Origin: Amphiscolops sp. MND2022
Lineage: Eukaryota
NCBI GenBank assembly: GCA_964187785.1
Contig: OZ076410.1
Coordinates: 73,346,001-73,410,000 of the forward strand
Direction: 5' to 3'
Length of the DNA: 64,000 nt
In this document: positions 10,843-23,960 of the stretch, in pieces
How positions within the stretch are numbered: position 1 is the stretch's first letter
How the letters are laid out: each line of letters starts with the position of its first letter
Notes under the pieces: model-generated
What the model was told of the DNA's origin: nothing
The model's input: only the letters and a program-made list of their open reading frames with translations
Database searches by the model: none
Translations under genes and position numbers: made by a program

Positions 10843-12244
10843 CAAGAATACTCTGTAAAGTGCTTTCTTGTTAACAAGTAACTAATAGTTTGAACAGTGC
10901 TGGAGTTCTTGATTTTTTCAGATGAATACTCCCAGCAAAATGCTTATTGAACTCGTTAAATTATGGTTAGGTGGCCCAAAAATATATTCACTTCTCCAGC
11001 ATTTTTTGTCGGAAGCATTCATCTGAAAGAATCGATCTTATGTAAAACCGGAGTCTCGATGCAACTTAATAAGAAAATGAACGCAATGACACTGGGACGA
11101 GAAGCTTCGCGAAAAAAAAGTTGAAATTCTCTTTCAGTGTTCAACGTTAGAACGCAATAAAATTGGGACTTTTAGGCAAAGACCGAAGGGCCTCTAAGAA
11201 GCAATGAAAAGCTCAACTTAGAATTGAAATGCTGCTGCATTTCGAAATTTTCGGTCGAATTTTCTGGTTTCTCCAAAAAGACATTACCCGGAGAAAGCGC
11301 CGACATAGGAAAGCAAAATTGGGACATAGCTCATCACGCGGAATTGTAGCGAAGTTTTTCTTCTTTCTACTCAACGTTTGAGTGTTCCATGCAAGTAGTT
11401 AATTTTTGGATGTTTTCGAGGATATGAGAACCCAAAAAATTCTGCAAATTGAGCTTTGTTTAAGAATTATGCATAAATTATACCAAAATGTTTCAAGTAT
11501 CTAAATTTTCGGCCGTTTTGTGTCTGTATCTGAATTTCCACGGTGTTAACAACAAAACAGCGAATTCGGCGGCTCTTTTTTGTAAATTTTGGAATCTTTT
11601 TTGTAAGATTGTAGTGATAGCCACTCTGGAGCTTTTGAAAAATGTTGCGAAAATCTTTTTTGGCTGAAAATGTCCCGCTGTTAAGCGTGCGTCTTGTTTT
11701 GGGCACAACCTGGTACCTAATTACAGCAAACGGATAAAGTGAAAATTTCAAAAAGTGCTAGGCATAACTTTCAGTTGTATTATAGTGTCCAAACGTATTC
11801 TGATGTTTGATAAATCTAACATAAGAAAGTTCCCTCTTTAGAGGACATCTAGTAGTCGCCCTTAGTCTACTGGAAAACGTTAATTTTTATGTTGTATTAA
11901 AAACGATTGATTTTTTCTCATTCATGAAGGCTTCATTGAGTTTCCCCAACTTCAGTATTCAGCGTCAGTCTTATTGGTGAGAGATTCTTCAACTTTCCGA
12001 ATATCCGAGAGAAGCTATGGTTACCCAAAATTTTATTTTGCTCAACTTTATTTCCGGTATTTCTGCTCCAATCTTAAGGCAAAAACTTTTCTTTTTCATG
12101 AACTTGAGCATTCGTCTGTTATCAAATAGAAACTGAGTTGCCGAAATTTATCCAAAAGTTTTTTTTCTAAATTATATTACATAATTCGAATTTTTGATCA
12201 AACTACAATTATTCATTTGGCAAGCGTCAACAAAATATCTGCGT

Positions 12245-12653
12245 TCAAAAAATGATTGGGTCCAGTTTCTTCTCCAGTTTGTCCAAGTTGACTTTAGTTG
12301 CCCGAAGTTTTGCTTCTTTTTCGTTGATGGATTTCAGGCTGGTTTCTAGGGAAAGATATTCGGTTGGCAACCAACCAATAGAAAGCTTGTCGTTTAGTAA
12401 AATGGCTTTGACCCAAGTGTTACTGGGTTTGAATACTTTTACGAAGTTTCCAGGGTACACTGTCAACTCGTCGGCCTGTTTGGCCTCGTAAGACTGGATG
12501 ACACTGAACCAAGTTTTGTTTTCTTCTGCAGGTACCGGCTCCTCGGGCAACTTGGGAAATAGTTTTATGGTGCCTTTGATTGCTTCATGCCATCGATCGC
12601 GATCGGCTTGGTCGTTCAAGAGGAAAAGAAAATCTTTATGACTGCTCTCCACT
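12245..12653 (-). CDS. Ephexin-type RhoGEF, last exon (PH C-terminus, SH3, stop)
   Basis: Acceptor TTCCAG, phase 2. DQADRDRWHEAI is the PH terminal helix; SYEAKQADELTV...IGWLPTEYL is SH3; ends TGA. Confidence 0.85.
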
Positions 12654-12937
12654 CTGGAAAACAACAGAAAACTTTTCGAGGTTAATTTTTTTGAGAAATT
12701 TTTTCTTGCTTCATCACATTCAGCTTCATATATGAAGGTCCGTTTATAAAGGTTATTTCGGAAAAGTGATCTATTAGGACGCTTGAGCTTACGAATCAAA
12801 TGAGCTTCAGAAGAAAAGATCATCCTTGTTTTAGAAATGCTGAGCTGAAGTGTTAAGTGATTGATGGCTTCAAATAACCAATTTTTTTCTTAAATTTTTG
12901 TGCCATAATGTAGAATTTTTGAACAGTAGCAACATAC

Positions 12938-13205
12938 TTGGGTTCGCCGTTCTCATCTTCTTGGGCAAAATCGACAGATTTCCACCAATTGACACACTGT
13001 AAAAAGAAGCACTTCGTCCAGAAACTATTGGCCAAAGTGAAGTTGAGCTTCTTGCCATATCGGTCGTGCAGATCTGACCTGTTTCGGTTGACCTTGAACT
13101 CTTTGCCGACCTCTAGGGCTATGAACCGCTTTGTTTCACTTTTAAATTCCGTGATGAGCAAAAGGTCCGAGAAGAGAAACAGGTAACGTTTGGTGGTTTT
13201 CAAAG
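12938..13205 (-). CDS. Ephexin-type RhoGEF exon (PH domain)
   Basis: Acceptor TTTCAG phase 1; KRYLFLFSDLLLITE; donor GTATGT phase 2. Confidence 0.82.
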
Positions 13206-13410
13206 CTGAAACAAGATTGTTTGAAGCGAAATCACCGTGCGAGAAAAATCTCTTATAAAAATTCCAAAATACAAAACAAATGCAGGCTTGATGTATCCTA
13301 TTTCCATCCACAGAAGATTCAATTTGGCAAAATTTGACTTGAATGAAAAACGCCCAAAAAAGTTGAAGGTTTCTACAAATTCCAAAATGTTAAAAAGCCA
13401 CTAACTCAAG

Positions 13411-13812
13411 TTTTTTTAGAGTCGAAAATTTTTGAACTCATGCAATCATATCGTTTTTTTCTCCCGACCTTTCAATGAGAATTTCAAATTTCTCAAAAAC
13501 TGTTCATACGATATTCATAAAACTTTGAACAGTCATTCTACACCCAAAGGGCCCCCTGCGTGCGCAAAGGCATCAAAATCATATGACTGGGATGTGAGAA
13601 ACATAGCCAAAATTAACCCAAAAATGGCCAAAAAACAGCCATTTTTCGATTTTCTCAAAAACTCTATACGATTCGAACGAAATTTTGTACAGTCATTCTT
13701 CACCATAGTATGGTGCTATGTGTGCACGTGCACCAAAATCGTATGACTAGGATTCGAGCGAGTCAGAATGAAAAAGACCTAAGCCGACTTTTACCGCACA
13801 TGCGGCTCTGGT
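13411..13812 (+). mobile_element. HINE-like element, family A, copy 2 (intronic)
   Basis: Homologous to 9455-10035; 3' hairpin CCGCA-CA-TGCGG. Confidence 0.55.
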
Positions 13813-14628
13813 GCAATTCGTAAAGAATATTATTTAAACTTCCAGTCTGGGCAAATTGTTACTAAATCACCGTTGGCATTTTCTGATGAAGTAATAGTAC
13901 TATATGTAGTTTCTGGGGTCATCAGGCTCCCTAACCTTGTTTGAATTTTGAATTTCATTAGTTAGAAAACTAGTTTCAATTGAATTTGTTATTTACATCC
14001 TGTCCGCGCTAGCGGTCCGCGCGTTATTTACAGTAGTCCGCGCTAGCGGTCCCCGACGTGCCAGTTCGGTCCTCGTTTGGGTTTTTCGGGTACTGTAGAA
14101 GAGAATACTTTCCTGTTGCTATTTTTGAGCCTTAAGCGGGGTGCCGAATTATGCCGTTGCCTGCTTGTTCACCCATATGTTGAATATCTGTCCAAAGAGC
14201 AAATTTTCTCCATAAGTTTTTCAACCAAATTTTACCAGACTCTAATTTTTGAATTCGTGAGATAAATTCTATAAAATTTACCGAGAAGAAATAAGGTTCG
14301 TAGATAGGCATACATGAAGATTTTTGATTTTGTTTAAAAAGGTGCCTAAATTTTTTTAAAAAGACCAAAATGGTGTTAAAACGACAAAAAAACGATCCAA
14401 AATTTTTCCAACCTTTCCTTCAATTTTTGACCTTTTAATGTCAATTCTACATCTGTTTTTCTGTCCATTCTGTACGCTTTGTCGACATGATTATTCAAAG
14501 TGTTGAGCGACAAAACATTTAGCTTAACGTATTCTTTAATTGGGAAATCGATTTTTTTTCCACAAAAGTGACTACAATAAAGTAGTCTGCCCACTAGAAC
14601 CATAAGAAGCTAAAAAGTGAAAGTTTAC

Positions 14629-14890
14629 CTGATAACTTAGCTTTTCCAGTTACTTGCTGGATCTCTCCTTCCTTGATGACTTTGCGAGACTCAATTGGCC
14701 TTTGGTTGCTGAGCAGCTTGACCTTCAACCCCATAGGTGTACCATCCGGCATATCGAGACTTTTCTGGATTTCGATCAGTTTGATTTTCTGACTGATCTC
14801 ATCTTCTGCTTTGTCGCACTCCATTGATAATGTTTTGGCTGCATCCAGAGCTTCCAGAGCACTGTCGTAACATTCAACTTGGAATGCCAA
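14629..14890 (-). CDS. Ephexin-type RhoGEF exon (DH C-terminal helix and PH start)
   Basis: Acceptor TTTCAG phase 0; ALEALDAAKTLSMECD...RKVIKEGEI; donor GTAAAC phase 1. Confidence 0.83.
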
Positions 14891-15029
14891 CTGAAAAAAA
14901 TCACAACCTCACAATTTTCAATTTCCGTCCATATTTCCATCTGTGAAACGATAATTACTAACTGCTGTGTTTTCCCAAAAATTTGCCATGTTCCAAATTT
15001 ACGCCCAGATTGTATTGTTCCGTGAAATA

Positions 15030-16738
15030 CACTATGGTATCAAAAAGCTACGTACTCCAACATTTTTTTCACAAAAAAACACAGAACAGTAAAATTTAAA
15101 ACAACTGTTGAAACAAATAATAAATCAATATCCCGTCAAACTACCATGGTTTTTCATTACCTTCACCAGACGATTCTCATACGATGAGTACAAGTTGCGA
15201 ACAACATCATGGTTTATGTTGTTCCACACTTCCATAACCTTTTCTAAATTCTCCCAGGTAACAATCTGACCTCGCAAGCTTTTTAAACAAATGGCCCAAA
15301 TATTTTCAATAGGATGCAGGTCAGGACTAAGCTGGCCAATCCAGCACCTCCCATTGCTTTTGGGCCAAAAAATTGCGAACAACTTCACTTTTGTGTACTG
15401 GGGCGTTGTCTTGCTGGAACACCAAATCCGGTATATTCAAATGTCGATCGTATTGCTTTAAAATCTCCAAATATCCGTAACTGTTGAGTGTTGCGGGACA
15501 TTTGATTAGCATTTTCCTACCATCTGATCTGAAGGCCCCCCAAAACATCATAGATCTTTTTCCGTGCGTATTCCTTGGGTGTTTTTGGGGCAAAAGCGAC
15601 GACCAGTTTTCCTGAACACCCGCACAACGCCATCATTATTCAAGCGCACACGGGTTCCGTCTGAGAATACGACGTTTTCCCAGAAGCCTAGTTTCCATCC
15701 AGCCAAATTTCAGAACAAAAAGCAAAAGTTCGAGTGAAACAAAAACAACTCTCTTCAAGCTTACAATACCACCCAAATCTGACCAGCGAAAATGCATCTA
15801 AGGTAGTGCAGAAGGTCCCCCTCTCATTTTCTCTCTTTTTTAACGTAACATACGAAACCGAACGAGACTAAAAGGTCCCCTTTCAAACTTTATGATCTTT
15901 TGGTGTTTTGAGGATTTTTGTCTTTTCATAAAAGTCCTGAGCAGAGTTTCAATACTTTGCGCTTTTTGAGCCTTAGGTTCAGCGCCGACTTTAGATGTTC
16001 TCGTCTTGTATCATTGAGAGCACCATCGAAAGCGCTATTAGTTCATTCTACGAAAGTGATTGATTTGATAAAAATTTTTATTTCGTTTTGGTTTTTTCGG
16101 CACTTTGAGATTTTTCTCAAATATTTTTTCTTTCAAAAATTCCAAAACTGTTTCCCATTTTCGGTGGAAAATTGACGCTGGATAAAAACCAAGGGGTTTT
16201 TCCAACATTCTCCAGCACCAGCGTTTTCTGATCAGTCTTTGTTTTTTGTTCAAGTTGAACTTTTTTGCGGCTTTTCTAGAAACAATTCCGTACTTCTTCA
16301 GGATTAGTACATTTAGAAACTGTATTTGACGTTGAAAAAGAGTTTTGCAGTACTCTTACTCGTTCTAATGTTGTTTTTGGGCCTTTTTCCACTCTTCGAA
16401 CTATTAGTCTTTGCTCTTTTTCGCTGAGTTTTTCTGGCCGGCCTGCAGGTTTTTTCGCCACGTAAGAGTACGTTTTCAAAAAACGCTTATAAACTGTTTG
16501 AGCTGTCGATCGAGATTGAAGACCCAACTCATCTTTAGTTTCTTTGTATGATAAATCCATTTCGCGAAGTGTAACGATTTTGCAAACAACGTATGAATCC
16601 AAAGGTTTGACCATTTTCAGCAATGTTTAATTCAAGAGTGATTGATTTCACTTCCGGTTGATAATGAAAATGAAAAGTTCTTCACAAACTGAATAAGATT
16701 TAATTTTCAGCTGTACGTCGTTTTTTGCAACCATAGTG
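15030..16738 (-). mobile_element. Tc1/mariner (DD34E-type) transposon, degenerate, split by a later insertion of about 0.5 kb
   Basis: TIRs CACTATGGT..CAAAAA..CGTAC with TA on both sides. HTH with GRPEKLS at 16623-16300. VVFSD, FQQDNAPVH and SPDLHPIEN motifs at 15700-15125. Insert at about 15707-16201 contains family-B sequence. Confidence 0.88.
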
Positions 16739-17313
16739 TATTTAGTTGAGATATTGGAACTTTTTCGGAAATGACCAAAGTCGCCACAAAATAGTCAGAA
16801 TCAGAAATAGATTGTTTATTTACTCTGCGTTTTAAGCACGGTTTTCGATTGTTGCCATGGGTGACGATATACAAAGTGTTCAAGCCATGAGAGAATCAGA
16901 CTCAGAATTTCAGACACCTCTAAATCTCGGTTATTTGGCATATGACTCTAGAAAATAATGTAAACTAAATGAAATGCTAAAAACTTCAGTTCGCTTTGAA
17001 TTTTTAAATTTTAAAGGTGTCCCGGAGGATGATTTTTTGTCACACTGCTGTACTTAATTGTTGCACATACTTCAAACAGGATTCGTCTTTCATGATCTAA
17101 ATGAACTTTTTTGAACAACAGGAATTCGGTTCTGAAAACTAGAACTGAACTATAATTTTGGTTTGCCAGTTTATTTTCTTTTAGGCCTATACGAGATAAA
17201 GCCAAAACACTCCCGAATATTGTCCACCAGGTTTGTGAAATAAAGAGCTCAATATTAGGTAGCATAAACATCTTGAACAAAGAACACTAAGATGATTTCT
17301 TTGATGAACTTAC

Positions 17314-17862
17314 TTCTTGAGCTTCGCACACGTCTACAATGGTGCTGATGAGCAAAGGGAATCTGGTAATTTTGTGGATCGGTGCCATCAAGAAAGACTT
17401 TAGATCCTGCCCCCGGCATTTTTTATCCTGTTGCAATGATTCCAACAGCGCTCTGAAGTTTGTATTTTGCAGCACTTTCGCCAACGTCCTTTCTTGTTCT
17501 TTCTTCTCCCTTGCGTAAGATTTATACAGTGGTGGGTAAAAGTTTATCAAAAAGTGAGTCACCTCGGGCAAAAAATTCTGCATTTCAATTTCCCCGCCTT
17601 GTTTCTCGTCGATGGCAACCAGAAGTTTCTGCGCGAGGTCTCGCAAAGATGGAATATTAGCGAAAAGTTTTTTGATTTCAAACTTCGTGCAAAATTTCAC
17701 TTCTGAGTTCAGCGCATGTTGTTCCAAGGGCTCAAGGAACACGTCGCAAGCAGTTTCCAGAGTTTTCAAATAGGATTGCTCTGTTATCCAGAACTCATAC
17801 ATCACTTCGTTGAATTTAATTTGCTTCCGATTTAAACGGTCCAAAATTCCACTCGATTTAAC
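17314..17862 (-). CDS. Ephexin-type RhoGEF exon (DH domain)
   Basis: Acceptor TTTCAG phase 0; VKSSGILDRLNRKQIKFNEVMYEFWITEQSYLKTL...LKSFLMAPIHKITRFPLLI; donor GTAAGT phase 0. Confidence 0.88.
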
Positions 17863-18188
17863 CTGAAATGACCACAGAGTTTTGATAATTTCATACTAAC
17901 ACTGGTTTCATTGCTACAAATCGAGTTTTTAGTTGTAAATTTTAAAATCGAAATCATACTTAATTCCTTTGAAATTTGAAGCCGGGAAATTTCGGATAGA
18001 AATTACTACAAATGCGTTTCCTTTTGATATCCTGTTCGCTGTTGATTTATACTACTCCAACTAGTTTATTTGATGCCAACACTCCAATTAATAGTTTTCT
18101 TTGAAACAGCTATTTCGGCATGACAAAATGGACGACCAAATGGAGCATGTTGAGTGCTTCAAAAACAGGAGAGCTTTTGTTTTCTAAC

Positions 18189-18454
18189 TTCTTCAAGATC
18201 TTGCCACAACTTTCTGCTTGAAGCGTGGAATGTCTCTTGACGACTTATTCTACGCGCTGGTTTCTTGGCACTTTGTCTCTGCTCGATCTGTCTGGCCACA
18301 GGAGCACTGGTTACTCGCTTAGTTGGATGTGCCTGCACCGGTTCCTGAGGTTTGGGCCAGGTCGTGGACCTTTCGGGCGAGTTCTCTCTAGTACTACATG
18401 CACTAGAGTCCGCACTTCCGATCGGAGACAGTAAACTTGACCCAGGTCTTTCTT
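18189..18454 (-). CDS. Ephexin-type RhoGEF exon (pre-DH region)
   Basis: Ends LWQDLEE|, which splices to VKSSGIL and rebuilds the Ephexin LWxxLxEV..GIL motif. Acceptor TTTCAG phase 1; donor GTTAGA phase 0. Confidence 0.8.
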
Positions 18455-18781
18455 CTGAAATAGATGTTGCGATTGGAAGTTTCGGGAAAATTGATTGCAA
18501 AAATCACGAATCACAATCCATACCAGATAATTGAGGGCCTGTACTGCTTGGATGAGTTCGAAATTTTCGTGGCCCATAGCAGATACAAGTTAAAGTTCTC
18601 AAATTTACATACGAAAATGTGCGGCAGTTTTGAGAACTATTTACGTTATTTTGTATACCAAAAACAGTAAAATTTCAAAGGAAGTTTTCAGTTCGAAAAA
18701 AAAACGCAAAAACAGGAAACTGCATGATATAAGCAACACTATTTGAAGCTCGATATTTTAAATTGGTTTCCATCTATATAC

Positions 18782-18928
18782 CATTTTGATCGTTGTCTTG
18801 TTCTTGGAATAACCGCACGTCCTCGTTTTCCAGAATCGTGGTTTTCCTTTCCTGGCTCAAATTCACCAGACCTTTGTACTCATCCGGCATAGAAACATCA
18901 GTGAAACCTCCGGAATGCTTTCTAGGCG
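18782..18928 (-). CDS. Probable Ephexin-type RhoGEF exon
   Basis: TTTCAG acceptor, open 147-nt frame (PRKHSGG...RLFQEQDNDQN), GTATAT donor; phase 1 in and out fits the next exon. Confidence 0.65.
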
Positions 18929-20269
18929 CTGAAACAAATGGTAACGTCAAATAATAACAAGACGCCCGCTGATCAGCGAGATAGTTTCCGCCCCGAAATG
19001 TTCTACGACGACATAAATTTGAGGCTCAAGAGCAGCCAACGCACTATAAAAATGCAAAAAAATCGAAGAAAATTAAGTTTTGATTCATATTAACCTCTTT
19101 TTAATAGAAACACCTAAATTACAAACAGAAGTAATATGTACCTAATTGTTTTGTTGTGGAACTATGTGCATACCGTACCTAACATACCAAATATCTAAAC
19201 TTTTGCTGAAAATGTTACCAAAAATTCCAAAAATTGGAAATTTTTGATGATTTCGATAAGTTTGGGGTCATTTTGAGGTGCTTTTGTAACAATACCCTAC
19301 ATTCTTCTAAAAAGCCAACTGGATACCAAGTGGTTGTTGAATGTTTACACCATTCTAATCAACGAATTTTAGGGTCTGTGTGAGGTTTTCTTCCTAGGAC
19401 CGAACTGCAAAACATTTTCCTTCCGAATACGTACGGCATTGCTAGCGATTTCGCTTGGAGCTTATTGAATACTAAAACCTTGACAAATGATGTCGAAAAA
19501 AAATTCACGTTTCCGAGTGGAATTTAGAATAAAATTGGGGCAAACATGTCTGTCCCATGACTATTGGAATCACTACCGGTAGCAACATGTTTCAATCCTG
19601 AGCCTAAGGATTCTCTAGTTACTGTAAAGATTCTGAAAGGGTCCAAAATTGGGACTATTTCGTCGAAAACTGAAAAAATTATGAATTTTTGACACCTTTG
19701 TTGTCCAATTCGAGGAACCTTATCTCACTTTCTTTCCCAAATTGTGATTTGAATAGCCTTTTCTATAAACGTTCAGGTCAAAGGAAGTTCTATTCTACAA
19801 CAACTTTTGTGGATTGAACGAAAATTGGAGTTACTTTGTCAAAAACCATATTTTTTTTTGTCGATTTTTGCAATTTGGGGTGTTTTAAGGCTGTTAAATA
19901 GCTGCTCTATCTTCAGAAACGCCTCTTGGACACTACTAAGTTCCGTCTTTTACTGCTGAGTTCTTTTACCCATTATATGCAAAGAATTGCTACAAAAATA
20001 TTCAAAAAACTGCATCAATATCAAAAACTTAAAATGTTGTTTCTTGCTACTTCTGTGTCATCTTAAGGTAATTTTCCACCAACTTCAAATTGGTCCGAAA
20101 AACGCGTGCTGTGAACCTGGTTAAATCTTCTGGAGTGTCTTGGAAGTCCTATTTTACCAAATGTTATTAATCTCTTATGTAAAAAACAACTGAAAATGTC
20201 AAATTACGCCAAAAAATTTAGCATTTTCGACTTTTATTGGTAGAGTTTTGAGCCATTTTCCTACACAAA

Positions 20270-21290
20270 CCTGCAAATATGTCTTCCAAAAAGCCTACTG
20301 AGTGAGGAATTCAATCGTTTTTGAACGTTTTTGAAATTCTGACCTCAAAACATTTCTAAAAACACGTCGTTGAAACTTTTCGACTCTCATCTGAAGTCGT
20401 TTCGAAGTGTTTTTGAAGCAAGAAGCTGCAGAGTTCTCTTCAAATTGCGCACTGCACAACTACTTCATTCAAACACAAACTTTTTAATCGTCAAATTAAC
20501 GAAAGCTGTCGGAAATTCTCGCAAAAACTGCATGAAAAACTGGAATGTTTTGGATTTTCAGACATTTTCTGAGTTGATACGAACATTTTCCTGACACAAA
20601 CTGTATTTATCTCTCAACACAAGCCTACTGGACAACCATTTGTTCCCTTGTTGAACAATATTAATTGGTAATCCACAAAGTCTATCGGAGATTCGACAAA
20701 AAATAACTGTTGAAAATAGGAACATTTGGGAATTTTTGGTAATTTTCGTGTTCAATCGTTATTTCTTCTTTTGGAAAACTGTATTTATCTCTTCACGAAG
20801 CCTTCTGGACAACCAATTGTTTACTTGTTGGCCGTTTTCAACATTCTAATATAGAAAGTCTATCAAAAATGTGACAAAAAACTCTTAAAATTTTTGAAAA
20901 CTGGAAACTTTTAGAGTTTTTGTCAATTCTGATGTCAATTCGAGGCAGTGTTCTCCTGAAAAACGACATCTATCGTTCACAAAAGACTACTTGACAACGA
21001 CTGCTTTCTTGTTGAATTTTTTCAACATTCTAACCTACGATGTCTATGGAAAAAATTACAAATATGAACAAAATCGTTGAAAATCGCAATTATAGATTTT
21101 TTGTCTTATTCAATGTCAATTTTAGGTATTTACCTTTCAAAAACAGTATTCGTCTCCTTGCGAAAGGCTACTGGACAGCGATTTTTCCTTGTTGATTGTT
21201 TTCAACAATCTAATTAAAAAAGTGTATAGAAATTTGACAAAAATTTACTTGAAAATGTTGAAAATCGGGAAATTATGGAATTCTTGTCAT
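20270..21290. repeat. Degenerate tandem repeat with a period of about 180 bp
   Basis: AAGCCTACTGGACAACC-like motif recurs at about 20620, 20800, 20985 and 21165. AACTGTATTTATCTCT occurs at 20599 and 20777. Confidence 0.6.
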
Positions 21291-21568
21291 TTTTGGGGTC
21301 ACTTTAGGTCATTCTGGGGTTATTTTTGTCATACCCAAAAAGTTCAAAAGTCGATACAAATACATATCACACGAAGCTTATTTTATGTGAGTTGATTTCT
21401 GTTGGTGACACCCTTCAATTTGATAATGAATTTGGAACATGGCATTTTTTGTACAAAAATGTTTGAGTTAAAGTTTTTCCTTTCCTAAATGGAGTATGCA
21501 AACCCAATCGTGGATCCGATAATGCTGAATTTCATTCATGCTTTTTCATAAATTGATTCGTACAGCTA

Positions 21569-22744
21569 CCCTGGTTGGAGCTTCTTGAATTTTTCACAAG
21601 TTTTTGTAGGTTACTAAGCTAATTTTCCATGATTTTATAAAATTCCCAAAGAGATATCCATGCAAAAGGTTTTCACGGATTGAATTTGAATTTTTCAAAC
21701 TGCCTGAAAGATGCATATCAAATTTGGCGGTAATCCCGAGACACAAAGTTTTGCAGATTTCATCAAGAAGCAACTCTTACTTTGAAAGCTGTGATCTCAA
21801 TAATTTTACCACGATTTCAATGCAAATAAACTTTGTTCACAACATAAGTTTCATAGCAGCGTCATATTGAACGTGCTATTCGACTAACGGTGATTACACA
21901 AGGTACTTACTTGTTAAACTTACGAGTGAAAACAAAGTGATCGCTGCGATGAAGAAGTGAAAATGATTACAGTTTCAATTGAAATGGTAGTTGAAAGTTT
22001 TAATTTCAGTTGTAGCTGCATTGTAATCCTACAAAATTTCTCCATGCGTGCTTTCAGTATTTTCTATGTTCATCAAATATTTTGAAATTTAGAATGCATT
22101 TTTTCTCTCATTTAGCATTTACTTCGTTGATCTCTCGTACGTTTCAAATCAGGGGATGACACCGCTAATTAGTGGTTTAGCGAATTTATTTAGCGGTCCC
22201 TAGTTGCGACTGCTGGATCTTTTTACATGCTGCAGGCCTGCATGCAGGGTAATTTTTTATAAAACCTAGAAAATTCAGTAGGGTTCCGGTGGTAAATCTT
22301 GTAGAATTATACTGCATTTTCCGCTACTGCAATTAAATTTGAAAATATTTCCCATTCTTTTAAGGACACGATCACGGTGTATTCACACATTGATTTCTCA
22401 AATACTCATCTGATTAAATCACCGCTTCTCAAATAGGACGCTGAAGATGACCCTAGCCTGCAGTTCACATTGTGAATGAAGTTAGTTTGCATTAAAATGG
22501 CCGCAAAATTGACTCTCAGCTGCATTTAAAATTGGAACTGATGTATATTGAAACTTGCAGAATTTCGCGGCTTGAAATTGCCGCCAAAACTTTGATGATT
22601 CTTTAAAGGAGCTTGATAAAAGTTGGCGACAACATGGAAATATTAACGCATTAAAGTTTCCGGAAGAAATTTAGAAAATCATTGAAAAAGTTGCTGGCAA
22701 CATTAAAGCACATGTGAAAAGTTCAAGCATGTTCAACAAGGGGT
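21569..22744. mobile_element. Non-autonomous element with long diverged inverted arms; another partial copy at about 50930-51465
   Basis: Left CCCTGGTTGGAGCTTCTTGAATTTTTCACA versus the reverse complement of the right end, CCCCTTGTTGAACATGCTTGAACTTTTCACA. The left arm matches 51340-51465 in reverse. Confidence 0.55.
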
Positions 22745-23874
22745 GCAACAAGGGGTGTCATGACATCTTAATAGCGATTTTTCAAGAGTGCGCAGAGAAT
22801 TCTCCCCAACCACAATGTTTCGAGAAAACTGTGGCATATCCAAAGAGGTTGCATAAAATCTACAGAAACCATTTGGTTTTGGCACGAGTTCTCTGAAGCC
22901 GCTGAAAAAGTTTTTTTGCTCTATCTATAAACAATCGCACGTTTTTGGCGGTCAGCCTTGTCCCTGCACTTCGAAAAAGTGTTTGTTTTCTGAAGTGCGC
23001 CAACAAAAAATGTTATGCACATCGATGTATTCAGTTATTAGCGATTGAATGGAGTTGTATACATGGGTAGAAGTTCCAATTTGTCGTAGAGATCGCATAT
23101 GATCATAAGGTTTTTGAGCAGTGAACATCAATGGTGTGAACAAAATCTCTGAGAATAGACAAGGTAACTTGTTCTTGTTAGATAGATGGTATGTAAAGTA
23201 TCTTAGCCTGGAACTATCTTCTGTTGTTAATTGGCTCCCGGGTTGACCTTAAATGGAGCTCATACATGGAAACTGGGTTTCCATAAACGAAATAGAACAC
23301 TTTAAGGTCATGTCAAATCTTTCAAGTTTTTCATATATAGCTATGATTTTGTGTCTGAAAATTTTTGTCCAAGTTCGAAATGAGAATTTATCAACTGCGT
23401 CATTTTAGATCAACTTGCAAGCACATTCATGTTACATTCATATAATGTTTCGTTTTCAGTTGAAACAAGCTTTTCCAGGTGTTTAAGAACTCTGATCATC
23501 AGTTTCAACTATAAAACATATTAATATATTTATAGTTAGTATATAATTAAATTCAAGTTCAGAAAAAAGTAGATTCTTACACATTTCCCATTCGTCACTT
23601 CCACTGGGAGTGCGTAATGTCAGATGGGCACGCTCATTTGCCTCCATGGTTTCAGGCCCTGGCCATCGCTTTTCTGTTCTGCGCACATCAGGCTCTGTCA
23701 CTGTGTCTGATCTGCATGCGAAATTTAATTTGAAAAACTCAGCTGAACCCAGAATTATATACATCATGTTCATAAAATAAACTAAAACCCAGGTTGATCA
23801 CTAGGTCTACTTCTCAGAGCTTCATCCATAATCATGAATTTATTATGACATTACTTTCAATTCCATGGATAACA

Positions 23875-23960
23875 ATGGTTTTGCAAGATTCGAATGTATC
23901 AAAAATCGCAATGGATGCATCCATTGCGATTTTTGATACATTTGAATCTTGCAAAACCAT
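23875..23960. repeat. Near-perfect palindrome (43-bp arms, no spacer, 1 mismatch)
   Basis: ATGGTTTTGCAAGATTCGAATGTATCAAAAATCGCAATGGATG|CATCCATTGCG...GCAAAACCAT. Confidence 0.92.

Noticed and set aside
12654-12823. N-terminal part of ORF 12245-12823 as coding
   Set aside because: It lies upstream of a strong acceptor at 12654; splicing from the GTATGT donor at 12937 gives a continuous PH domain without it.
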